This document shows positions 50,500 through 61,250 of a stretch of 64,000 nucleotides of DNA, piece after piece. The notes below the pieces were generated by a model, which did no database searches, was not told where the DNA came from, and worked only from the letters and a program-made list of their open reading frames with translations. A program made the translations under genes and the position numbers. Location: positions 90,396,001 to 90,460,000 of the forward strand of contig NC_091291.1 in assembly GCF_032444005.1 (NCBI RefSeq). Reading direction: 5' to 3'. Every line of letters begins with the position of its first letter. Positions within the stretch are counted from its first letter, which is position 1. This DNA is from Ranitomeya imitator (Eukaryota).

Positions 50500-50530
50500 G
50501 TGATATCTGATAGAGGCAATGTTCACACAG
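50500..50530 (+). CDS. CENATAC: CENATAC exon 8 (VISDRGNVHTG)
   Basis: Acceptor tttgtctctatag|, donor CAG|GTAAGA; matches human DIPGVGNIHSG; 31 nt. Confidence 0.9.
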
Positions 50531-50917
50531 GTAAGAACGATAATGTGTTTTGTTACATTGAGGGATGAAACATTGTAACCATGCCTCTGCGGGCAGAGTC
50601 TACACCCCATTCATATATCTGCTCCATCGGGGGTTGGATAAAAAATTATATATATACTACTACACCACTGATGACTAGAGCTGTCAAATTTCTTTTTCAT
50701 CTTTTGATTTTGAATTCCCACACTGAATTGAATGTGGGTAGATGGTGGTGTATGGCTGCTGGCGATCCATTCCTCTCTATGGGGTAGACTATATGAGTTG
50801 CTTGTACAGAGAGGAAGAGGACTTGAACTCTAGCACCACCTATTGCAAATAGCAATCCTAAAAGTCAGTATCGACCCTTTAATGAGCCTTGCCACATGAC
50901 ATGGGATAAAAACCACA

Positions 50918-50986
50918 CCAGAATCTCAACTTGCAGACACGTGTTTCAGGATGTTGCCCCTCCTCAGTGCAAAGCATGAGATCTGG
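50918..50986 (-). ncRNA. Type-I hammerhead ribozyme motif (retrozyme / satellite-2-like)
   Basis: Minus strand CCAGAUCUCAUGCUUUGCA-CUGAGGA-GGGGCAACAUCCU-GAAA-CACGUGUC-UGCAAGUUGAGAUUCUGG: complete core, GUC triplet and stems I-III. Confidence 0.75.
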
Positions 50987-51400
50987 TTTGGCTGTATGAG
51001 AGGCCTCTGACTAGGGTCTAAAGGGTATCATTTCTCTTAGTTGAGAGTGACATGCCAGGATAAGTAAGCATGGGGTTGACTGAGATGGCAAGTGCTGTAC
51101 TCTGCCACCTCTGTCTGTCCCATAGACCCAAAAAAGTGTGGCAGCAGTCATGGGCAACCATGTCAGGTATTCAATTCTCACTGCAGTGATGTGGAACAGG
51201 GATATTTGGAAACCTCGTTCTCATGATCCAGAAGGTCCTAGTGGTGGGGTCACCGACTATTTCTTGGAAAGTTGACAAATGCATTACTTGGGAAAACCCC
51301 TTTTAAGACACTGGCTAAACACATGTTTGGTTATTAAAAATCACATGACAGTATCTGTGTAAGACCAAAGAATAGTTTGTCTACAAATAAATATTTTTAG

Positions 51401-51490
51401 GTGCACTTCCACCCTGGATGCTGCCTGATGAAGAAGACGTGGGAAAGTCTCAGTGTATTGGACCATCGATTGAAGGGTTTTTAAAGCACA
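51401..51490 (+). CDS. CENATAC: CENATAC exon 9 (GALPPWMLPDEEDVGKSQCIGPSIEGFLKH)
   Basis: Acceptor atatttttag|, donor ACA|GTAAGG; matches human GATPPWM...IGPSYEEFLKE; 90 nt. Confidence 0.93.
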
Positions 51491-52588
51491 GTAAGGACAC
51501 CTCCTTCTTCACTACTGGGATATTGAGATCTGTCTTAGGGACACAAGGGTAGTGTACAGGGCCACTAACACTAGAACATTACACAACATGTGTGCCTAGA
51601 AGACCCACTCCATGACTGTCTGCTTACCCCATCCTGGCCCATGGAGCACGACATGGGGACTATGCTGGCACTCCATAGTAATGGCGTAGACACAGGCGCT
51701 CCTTGGTCGCCTGCTTTATTATCTACAGCTATCGCTGTGCTAATGACTGGAGCAAAGAAAACCATGTCTGGGCTTTTTGCCCTTCGTTTCGTATGAGAGC
51801 CACTGGTCTCACTATGACCCCCAGGTCTGCCATCTTGGTACCCTCAAGGGATCCCTGTCAACATTGCGCTGATGGGTATAGTACTCTGCAGGACAGAGGG
51901 CCTATACGTGGTCAAGTCCACTAGTCAGACAAAAGGAAATATTTAAAAATATTGTTCTAAATATTCCCAATAAAAGGGAGAGAACCCCACCTATCTGTCC
52001 ATTACCTTAAAAACTATGGTGACTGCTGTTTTTTTTTTTCTAGTTCCCAAGATAAAGTTAATAAAACGCACAGTTCATTTTGTTAGCAATTTGTTTTCTG
52101 CATGGAGAAATGCTGTGTGTTAACAATGTACTGGTACACTATTCATTTGCTTTGTTTATGTGCACTCACTTGACAAAATAAAAAAACAACAAAAAAAAAC
52201 TAACAGAATTGACATTCTGTGATTAAAAAAAAAAAAAAAAAAAAAATTGTAAACGACATCTTAGAAATCTTTTATTTCAGAGACATTGTAAAATTAAGTT
52301 TGTTTTTTTCTGCTAAAAAAAAAATGCTCCAAAAGTGATGCAACACCAAAATGGTGTTTTCCTGTAAAAAAAATAAAAAAAATAATAATAATTTTTGTGG
52401 CTATGCTGAAAGAAAAGTATAAAAAAAGCTTTTGGAATCCCATGACAAGTAGATTGAGGATATTTTTCCCCTCATTCTTCCTATCCTGCAGTTTACACAC
52501 AGCATTGTCCATAGGGGTCTGTCCTCCCCTCTATGCCAGCTCATAGGATAGAGAGTGACGACACGTTCTGCACTTTTTGTTTTAACAG

Positions 52589-52721
52589 AGGAGAAGATGG
52601 CATTGAAGAAGCTTCCCCCAAACAGAGTGGGGGCTAATTTTGATCACCATGCCCAAACTGATGAGGGCTGGCTTCCATCCTTCGGCAGAGTGTGGAACAG
52701 TGGACGTAGATGGCAGTCACG
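52589..52721 (+). CDS. CENATAC: CENATAC exon 10 ([45 protein letters not shown])
   Basis: Acceptor ttgttttaacag|, donor CG|GTTAGT; near-identical to human [15 protein letters not shown]...[19 protein letters not shown]; 133 nt. Confidence 0.97.
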
Positions 52722-53070
52722 GTTAGTAGGGGCTTAAGTCTGTGAAATCCAATGGGATTATGTTACAGTAATAAAAATAAAAGGGGGCTGTCCGCCCCTG
52801 GTGAAGTATTCAATGAGCACTGTAACTTGCCGACTCCTGATGGTGTGTAATGTGCACACAGTTAGCATTCAGCTCTGCCTACAAGTTCCAACAGTTGTCA
52901 CATGACTAGAAGTATGCGATTTGCTGACTTGTGATCACATGCCAACTAGAGTCTCAGCCATGTGTGTGGTGAGAACATGGCGAGACCTGGCCAAGACCTA
53001 GTCTGCAAACTGCATCCTTGTGGTCATGTGACAGCTGAATCCTAACTGTGTGTGTGTCACACACTATACA

Positions 53071-53205
53071 TTATGCAGTGCAATGGTGATGCCGTCCATG
53101 GTGGGCCACATGCAGCCAAACACATGCGCTATCATTTATGCAGTGCAATGGTGATGCCGTCCATGGTGGGCCACATGTAGCCAAACACATGCGCTACCAT
53201 TTATG
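53071..53205. repeat. 65-bp tandem duplication (2 copies)
   Basis: TTATGCAGTGCAATGGTGATGCCGTCCATGG... at 53071 and 53136. Confidence 0.85.
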
Positions 53206-53502
53206 GCATAAATTATACGAAAGATGGACTAAAAATCATGGTGCAGATTTTGATATTTTTTGGTACACGAACAAACAAGCATTGCGCTAGATTTATTAAA
53301 AGGCATTCATCTATAAATCTGGTGATTTATAGGTCATTGAGCTTTGTATTAAAATCGCCAGAGTAAAGAAAAGGCTCAGAATTGTTTTAAAAAAAAAAAA
53401 AATACATTTATAACTTAATTTAATAATTACAAATGGAAACTACTTTTTAGGAAATCAGTCCGGACCGGGTCGTGTGTCACTTATTTTTTGTTTTCCTTGC
53501 AG

Positions 53503-53566
53503 ACACCAATACAGAACAGAAGCCGGGAATAAAGGAGCGAAAAGAAAACGGACGGAACAAGCATGA
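53503..53566 (+). CDS. CENATAC: CENATAC exon 11, terminal (RHQYRTEAGNKGAKRKRTEQA*)
   Basis: Acceptor ttttccttgcag|; HQYRTEA matches human HQFKTEA; stop TGA 53564-53566; the exon lengths sum to 1011 nt, in frame. Confidence 0.92.
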
Positions 53567-53692
53567 AGTGTCCACGTTACGTCCGCGAAGCTCTGTAGTT
53601 TATTCATGCTGTAAATATTGGACAATTACCAAATGGCCTTTTTTCTTTTTGTAAAATCTTTATTAAATACAAGTCTGAAGATTGTCTGCATT

Positions 53693-53698
53693 AATAAA
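53693..53698 (+). terminator. Probable CENATAC polyadenylation signal AATAAA
   Basis: About 130 nt after the stop codon; ATTAAA at 53662-53667 is an alternative. Confidence 0.6.
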
Positions 53699-53740
53699 AT
53701 GTTACTCTGACACCTGCTAAGAGAAAATGACATTTATTAA

Positions 53741-54475
53741 CCCCTTCAAGACGCAGCCCTTTTTCGTTTTTCGCTCCCCTCCTTCCCATAGCCATAACTT
53801 TTTTTTAATCTTTCCGTCAATATGGCCATGTGAAGGCTTCTTTTTTGCGGGATGAGTTGTACTTTTGAACGACATCATTGGTTTTACCATGTCTTGTAAT
53901 AGAAAATGGGAAAAAAATTCCATGTGTGGTGAAATTGGAAAAAAAGTGCAATCCCACACTTGTTTTTTGTTTGGCTTTTTTGCTAGGTTCACTAGATGCT
54001 AAAACTGACCGGACATTATGATTCTCCAGGTCATTACAAGTTCATAGACACCTAACATGTCTAGGTTACGTTTTATCTAAGTGGTAAAAAAAAATTCCAA
54101 ACTTTGCTTAAAATAAAATTTTTTTTTAAAAAATGCACCATTTTCCGTTACCTGTAGCGTCTCCATTTTTCGTGATCTGGGGTCATGTGAGGGCTTATTT
54201 TTTGCGTGCCGAGCTGGCGTTTTTAATGATACCATTTTGGTGCAGATATGATCTTTTGATCGCCCGTTATTACATCTTAATGCAATGTTGCGGCGACCAA
54301 AAAAAGCGTATTTCTGGTGTTTCAAATTTTTCTCTCGCTACGCCATTTAGCGATCAGGTTAATCCTTTTTTTATTGATAGATCGGGCGATCCTGAACACG
54401 GCGATACCAAATATGTGTAGGTTTGATTTATTTATTTTTTTTTATTTTGAATGGGGCGAAAGGGGGGGTGATTTA

Positions 54476-54526
<51 letters not shown>

Positions 54527-55024
54527 CTTAAAACCTTTTTTTTTTAAACCATTGCCATGCTTCAATAGCCTCCATGGGAGGCTAGAAGCTGGCATAGCCT
54601 GATCGGCTCAGCTACATAGGAGCGATCATCAGATTGCTCCTATGTAGCAGAAATGCAGGTGTTCTATGAGCGCCGACCACAGGGTGGCGCTCACAGCAAG
54701 CCGGCATCAGCAACCATAAGACCTCAGGTTGTCATGCCGACGCATCACTGACCCCCGATCATGTGACTGGGTCGGCGATGCGAGCATTTCCGGCCGCGCA
54801 GCCGGAAGCGGTAGTTAAATGCCGCTGTCAGCGTTTGACAGCGGCATTTATCTAGTTAATAGCGGCAGGTGGATCGCGATTCCACCTGCCGCTATTGCGT
54901 GCACATGTCAGCTGTTCAAAACAGCTGACATATCGTGACTTTGATGTGGTCTCAGCGCCGGAGCTGACATCTAAGGGGGAGACAAGACATCCGCTGTACT
55001 AGTATGGCGGAGGTCATGAAGGGG
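53741..55024 (+). mobile_element. piggyBac-like MITE copy A (about 1.28 kb)
   Basis: TTAA-CCCCTTCAAGAC...GTCATGAAGGGG-TTAA; homologous along its length to 56929-58195. Confidence 0.85.
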
Positions 55025-55731
55025 TTAAAAGTTCAACCTGTTACTGGTGCCTTAGTTTTACAATATCTGGGGCCCGTGCACAACTATCATTAATGTCCCT
55101 CCTATCTCCGCTCCTACGTCCTCCCCCATCTTTGTTATGACCATCATCTGCACCCACCATAGATGGGCACATGTGCCGCCATCCAGTCCTTCCATGCAGC
55201 CGTTGTGGCTTGTTATGTCTGGCTAGAGTGTGTAAATATCTACCGCACAGCCCAGAAGTATTACTGGGGCCGTCCAATGCTGGAAATACTTCTATGTGCG
55301 TTTTTTTTTTTTTCTTCTACAGCCCAGTTATTTGTTGGTTCATCCTGTGCGTCACTATCTGGCGCCATCGTTCTCCCGTTTATTCCCCACTCCTGGTGCT
55401 ATGGCAGATACTGGCACAATACAGACTATATGCCCAGAAGTCCCCGTGCTGGTCGCTCTCGCCCACCTTACCTCTCCTCCATGGTAAGACCTGCTGGGTG
55501 ACACTGAGCACGTGTGTGACTACCCGGATGGCCATGCCCAGCTGAAGATGAGGGCTGACCGGCCCATCAGGTATGGTTCACATTCTCCTCCTATTAATGG
55601 GACATCATTGGTGCAGTGAATGGTGCCTGTGGGATTGGGAGCACAGGACTTTTTTTTTTAATATTTTCAGTATATTACAGTAATGCTGGTACATCTGTGA
55701 TGTCGGCATAAGGACTTTTTTTTGCTTTTAG

Positions 55732-56175
55732 GCGAAGTTCACACTAGGTGTTTGTTCTCAGTTTATGCACATTTTCAGCTGCATTTTACAGTAGCAGCAA
55801 AGATTTCAGACATCTCACAGCTTGGTTTTTTTATCATCAGTGTTTTGTGCTTTGCATGGGTTTTTTGCACAATGGAGCATGTCACTTCTTTCAGCGTTTT
55901 TCACCGATTGCCTTGAATAGGTGGTGAAAAAAAATACAGGTATTGGGTTTTGCTGCATTTTTTATGCCAAAACCTGATTCTATAAAATAGGACTTTTTTT
56001 TTGAGCACTTCACTTTATCAGCATGTACAAGAGTCAAATCTATCACACCAATACCGCCGCAAAAAAAACTCTTAAAGACCACAAAAAAAAAAACAAGGAA
56101 AACATTCTTCTTTTTCTGCAGCTTCTTTCCTGGCAAGAGATCTGGTTTTGCTGCAGAAAAAAAACGTTAAGTGTT
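55732..56175. mobile_element. Harbinger-like MITE, right end degraded
   Basis: TTA-GGCGAAGTTCACACT left TIR; internal motifs resemble 44434-44895. Confidence 0.45.
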
Positions 56176-56457
56176 TTTGTCCAGGCTTGGGGTTTGTCTG
56201 TGACTGTAGACTTGTAGCCCCTCAGTATGCGAGCTGTCGAGATTCTCCGATGCTGGACACACATGTATACATGTGACGTGCTGCTCAGATGTGTGTGACC
56301 TCAATACAAGTGAAATGAGAGGCCGGACACCTCTAGTCTGACTGTGCTGGGAGTATGCAGATCACGTGCTTGTCCTGCTCCCGGAGAATCCTAACTGCTC
56401 GTACACTGCACGCTGTGAGGAGTCGCAGACCACAGTCACATAGAGCCTCGTGCCGGA

Positions 56458-58972
56458 CAATCCCTTTCTGCCATCGGACGGGATAGTATGTCCAATGGCA
56501 GATCTCCTGCTTTGCTGCGGGCTCCAGCAGTGAGCCCGCATCAAAGCCTGGATATGTCAGCTGTTTAGAACAGCTGACGTGCCCGCCATAGGCGCGGGTG
56601 GAATCGTGATCTACCCGCACCTATTAACTAGTTAAATGCCGCTGTCAAACTCTGACAGCGACGTTTAACAAGCGCTTCCAGCCATCCGGCCAGAAACGTG
56701 CGCAGTGGTGACCCCCGTCACGTGATCAGGGGTCATCGGTGCGTTACCATGACAACCACAGGTCTCGAGACCTCTACGGTTGTTGCTGGTTTGCTATGAG
56801 CCCCACCCTGTGGTCGGCCCTCATAGCAATGCAGTAATTCTACTACATAGAGGCGTTCTGAGCTTCGCTCCTATGTAGCAGAGGTGCTGGAGTTATGGTA
56901 GCATCTAGCCTCCCATGGAGCCTATTAACCCCTTCATGACCAGGGGATTTTTCGTTTTTCCGTGTTCGTTTTTCGCTCCCCTCCTTCCCAGAGCCATAAC
57001 TTTTTTATTTTTCCGTCAATTTGGCCATGTGAGGGCTTATTTTTTGCGGGACGAGTTGTACTTTTGAACGACATCATTGGTTTTAGCATGTCGTGTACTA
57101 GAAAACGGGAAAAAAATTCCAAGTGCGGTGAAATTGCAAAAAAAGTGCAATCCCACATTGGTTTTTTGTTTGGCTTTTTTGCTAGGTTCACTAAATGCTA
57201 AAAATGACCTGCCATTATGATTCTCCAGGTCATTACGAGTTCATAGACACCAAACATGACTAGGTTATTTTTTATCTAAGTGGTGAAAAAAAATTCCAAA
57301 CTTTGCTAAAAAAAAAAAAAATTGCGCCATTTTCCGATACTCGTAGCGTCTCCATTTTTCGTGATCTGGGGTCGGTTGAGGGCTTATTTTTTGCGTGCCG
57401 AGATGACGTTTTTAATGATAGCATTTCGGTGCAGATACGTTCTTTTGATCGCCCGTTATTGCATTTTAATGCAATGTCGCGGCGACCAAAAAAACGTAAT
57501 TCTGGCGTTTCGAGTTTTTTTCCCGCTACGCTGTTTAGCGATCAGGTTAATACTTTTTTTTATTTGATAGATCGGGCAATTCTGAGCGCGGCGATACCAA
57601 ATATGCGTAGATTTGATATTTTTTTTATTGATTTATTTTGATTGGGGCGAAAGGGGGGTGATTTAAACTTTTATGTTTTTTTTATTTTTTTCACATTTTT
57701 TAAAACTTTTTTTTTTTACTTTTGCCATGCTTCAATAGCCTCCATGAGAGGCTAGAAGCAGGCACAAGCCGATCGGCTCTGCTACATAGCAGCGATCTGC
57801 TGATCGCTGCTATGTAGCAGAATTGCACGTGTGCTGTGAGCGCCGACCACAGGGTGGCGCTCACAGCGACGGGCAATCAGAGTAACCATAGAGGTCTCAA
57901 GGACCTCTATGGCTACAATGGAGACGCATCGCCGACCCCCGGACATGTGACGGGGGTCGGCGATGACGTCATTTCCGGCCGCCCGGCCGGAAGCGGTAGT
58001 TAAATGCCGCTGTCTGCGTTTGACAGCGGCATTTAACTAGTTAATAGGTGCGGGCAGATCGCGATTCTGCCCGCGCCTATTACGGGCACATGTCAGCTGT
58101 TCAAAACAGCTGACATGTCCCGACTTTGGTGCGGGCTCACCGCGGAGCCCTGCATCAAAGCAGGGGAGCCGGCATCGGACGGTATAGTACGGGGGTTAAA
58201 GCATGCAAAAGTAAAAAAAAAAAGTTTTTAAAAATTTGACAAAAATAGAGTTAAAATCACCTCCCATTCAAAATAAAACAAAAAAAATCAAACCTACACA
58301 TATTTCGTATCACTGCGTTCAGAATCGCCCGATATATCAATAAAAAAAGCATTCAACTGATCGCTAAACGTCGTAGGGATTAAAAAAAAAAAAGTCAAAA
58401 TGCCAGAATTACGTTACTTTTTTTTGGTTGCCGCAACATTGTATTAAAATGTAATACCGGGTGATCAAAAGATTGTATCTGCACAAAAGTGGTATCATTA
58501 AAAACGACAGCTCAGCACGTAAAAAATAAGCCCTCACCCAACCCCAGATCCCGAAAAATGGAGATGCTACGGGTATCAGAAAATGGCGCAATTTCTTCTT
58601 TTTTGTGCAACCTTTGGAATTTTTTTTCACCGCTTAGATAAAAAATAACCTAGACATGTTTGGTGTCTATGAACTCATAATGACCTGGAGAATCATAATG
58701 GCAGGTTAGTTTTAGCATTTATTGAACCTAGCAAAAAAGCCAAACAAAAAAGAAGTGTGGGACTGCGTTTTTTTGCGATTTCATCTCACTTGGAATTTTT
58801 TCCCCCGTTTCTAGTTCAGGATATGGTAAAACCAATGATGTCGTTCAAAAGTACAACTCGTCCCACAAAAAATAAGTCCTCACATGGCCATATCAATGGA
58901 AAAATAAAAAAGTTATGGCTCTGGGAAGAAGGGGAGTGAAAAACGCAAAAAGCTCTGGTCAAGAAAGGGTTA
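56458..58972 (-). mobile_element. piggyBac-like MITE copy C (inverted), split by copy B
   Basis: 56458-56924 and 58200-58972 are the reverse complement of the A/B family; ends in GGTCAAGAAAGGGTTA; the left boundary is approximate. Confidence 0.75.
56929..58195 (+). mobile_element. piggyBac-like MITE copy B nested at a TTAA inside copy C
   Basis: TTAA at 56925-56928 and 58196-58199; left TIR CCCCTTCATGACC; right TIR shortened to GGGGG. Confidence 0.82.
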
Positions 58973-60590
58973 CGGACCGAGTACAGGGGCCACAGTACAG
59001 ACGGACCGAGTACAGGGGCCACAGTACAGACGGACCGAGTACAGGCGCCACAGTACAGACGGACCGAGTACAGGGGCCACAGTACAGACGGACCGAGTAC
59101 AGGGGCCACAGTACAGACGGACCGAGTACAGGGGCCACAGTACAGACGGACCGAGTACAGGGGCCACAGTACAGACGGACCGAGTACAGGCGCCACAGTA
59201 CAGACGGACCGAGTACAGGCGCCACAGTACAGACGGACCGAGTACAGGGGCCACAGTACAGACGGACCGAGTACAGGCGCCACAGTACAGACGGACCGAG
59301 TACAGGGGCCACAGTACAGACGGACCGAGTACAGGGGCCACAGTACAGACGGACCGAGTACAGGGGCCACAGTACAGACGGACCGAGTACAGGGGCCACA
59401 GTACAGACGGACCGAGTACAGGCGCCACAGTACAGACGGACCGAGTACAGGGGCCACAGTACAGACGGACCGAGTACAGGGGCCACAGTACAGACGGACC
59501 GAGTACAGGGGCCACAGTACAGACGGACCGAGTACAGGCGCCACAGTACAGACGGACCGAGTACAGGGGCCACAGTACAGACGGACCGAGTACAGGGGCC
59601 ACAGTACAGACGGACCGAGTACAGGGGCCACAGTACAGACGGACCGAGTACAGGGGCCACAGTACAGACGGACCGAGTACAGGCGCCACAGTACAGACGG
59701 ACCGAGTACAGGCGCCACAGTACAGACGGACCGAGTACAGGGGCCACAGTACAGACGGACCGAGTACAGGGGCCACAGTACAGACGGACCGAGTACAGGC
59801 GCCACAGTACAGACGGACCGAGTACAGGGGCCACAGTACAGACGGACCGAGTACAGGGGCCACAGTACAGACGGACCGAGTACAGGGGCCACAGTACAGA
59901 CGGACCGAGTACAGGGGCCACAGTACAGACGGACCGAGTACAGGGGCCACAGTACAGACGGACCGAGTACAGGGGCCACAGTACAGACGGACCGAGTACA
60001 GGGGCCACAGTACAGACGGACCGAGTACAGGGGCCACAGTACAGACGGACCGAGTACAGGCGCCACAGTACAGACGGACCGAGTACAGGGGCCACAGTAC
60101 AGACGGACCGAGTACAGGGGCCACAGTACAGACGGACCGAGTACAGGGGCCACAGTACAGACGGACCGAGTACAGGGGCCACAGTACAGACGGACCGAGT
60201 ACAGGGGCCACAGTACAGACGGACCGAGTACAGGGGCCACAGTACAGACGGACCGAGTACAGGGGCCACAGTACAGACGGACCGAGTACAGGGGCCACAG
60301 TACAGACGGACCGAGTACAGGGGCCACAGTACAGACGGACCGAGTACAGGGGCCACAGTACAGACGGACCGAGTACAGGGGCCACAGTACAGACGGACCG
60401 AGTACAGGCGCCACAGTACAGACGGACCGAGTACAGGGGCCACAGTACAGACGGACCGAGTACAGGGGCCACAGTACAGACGGACCGAGTACAGGGGCCA
60501 CAGTACAGACGGACCGAGTACAGGGGCCACAGTACAGACGGACCGAGTACAGGGGCCACAGTACAGACGGACCGAGTACAGGGGCCACAG
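58973..60590. repeat. 29-bp minisatellite (CGGACCGAGTACAGG[G/C]GCCACAGTACAGA), about 56 units
   Basis: Direct reading; 29-aa periodicity in the ORF track; only one polymorphic site seen. Confidence 0.97.
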
Positions 60591-60780
60591 CCTCTGGCGG
60601 CTCTGCCTTATGGCTGCTGGAGGGTTCTCTTCATTCACATTCGCAGTTCAGCTCCACACGCGGTAATCTGTGCTGAGGAGCCGGCGGACAGGCCGGGATA
60701 CACGTTACAGTCAGCCGGGACGGAGGGAGGGACGCCCTGAGTGACCATCAAGGCCGAGCAGCCCCTGACAGTCGCCCCCA

Positions 60781-60800
60781 GGCATGCCGGGAAATGTAGT
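60781..60800 (-). promoter_or_regulatory. ZNF143/Staf-type site in the RPS25 promoter
   Basis: Minus strand ACTACATTTCCCGGCATGCC versus the known consensus ACTACAnnTCCCAGCATGC, about 80-100 bp upstream of the TOP tract. Confidence 0.65.
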
Positions 60801-60878
60801 ACGAGCAGCTGGACTGGTAGTTCTCTGCAGCGGAAGAACACGCCCCCTACGGGGTTTCCTGTACTGCGTGCACGGAGC

Positions 60879-60917
60879 CTCTTCCTTTCTGTCCGACATC
60901 TTTGATCGAGCAGCAGC
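60879..60917 (+). promoter_or_regulatory. RPS25: RPS25 5' TOP tract and 5' UTR
   Basis: CTCTTCCTTTCTGTCCGACATCTTTGA closely resembles the human RPS25 5' end (CTTCCTTTTTGTCCGACATCTTGA, from recall). Confidence 0.85.
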
Positions 60918-60920
60918 ATG
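60918..60920 (+). CDS. RPS25: RPS25 exon 1 coding part (ATG only)
   Basis: ATG|GTGAGG donor after the TOP UTR; exon 2 begins at Pro2. Confidence 0.88.
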
Positions 60921-61250
60921 GTGAGGAGCCGCCGCCTGCAATGGGCTAATAGCGAGCGGGATGCGGGGTCCTGGGGGGCCTCTGCCCGGTGTGTGTGATG
61001 TGCTGGGGCGGGATGAGCCGCGGAGGCTGCGGGCGGGAGGTGCCGGCCTGTGACGTGCAGCACCGGTCGGACACGTACGCCGAGCTCCGGGCCTGCGGTG
61101 TGCCTGCTCCCGTGTGTGCCCTGGGCGGCGGGCCCTGCGGGTGTGGAGCCCGCGTTCTCGGGCCTGGGCCCTGCGCTGTGTAGTGTGGCGTCCCCAGGGG
61201 TAATAACCCGCTACCTCCCCGGGTCCAGCGCTCAGGGTCGCCTCTATTGC

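Noticed and set aside
51423-51435. CTGATGAAG in exon 9 (and CTGATGAG in exon 10) as ribozyme or box C motifs
   Set aside because: These are explained by codons (PDE, TDE), with no partner GAAA or stems.
6686-53502. U12-type (minor) introns in CENATAC suggesting autoregulation
   Set aside because: All ten donors are U2-type GT sites; none has the RTATCCTT signature.
56333-56620. 95-aa minus-strand ORF with an apparent acceptor (EICHWTYYPVRWQKG...)
   Set aside because: Its 5' half lies in the end of MITE copy C, and no protein family is recognisable.
60600-60790. TRAPPC4 first exon on the minus strand
   Set aside because: None of the three minus frames resembles the TRAPPC4 N-terminus.
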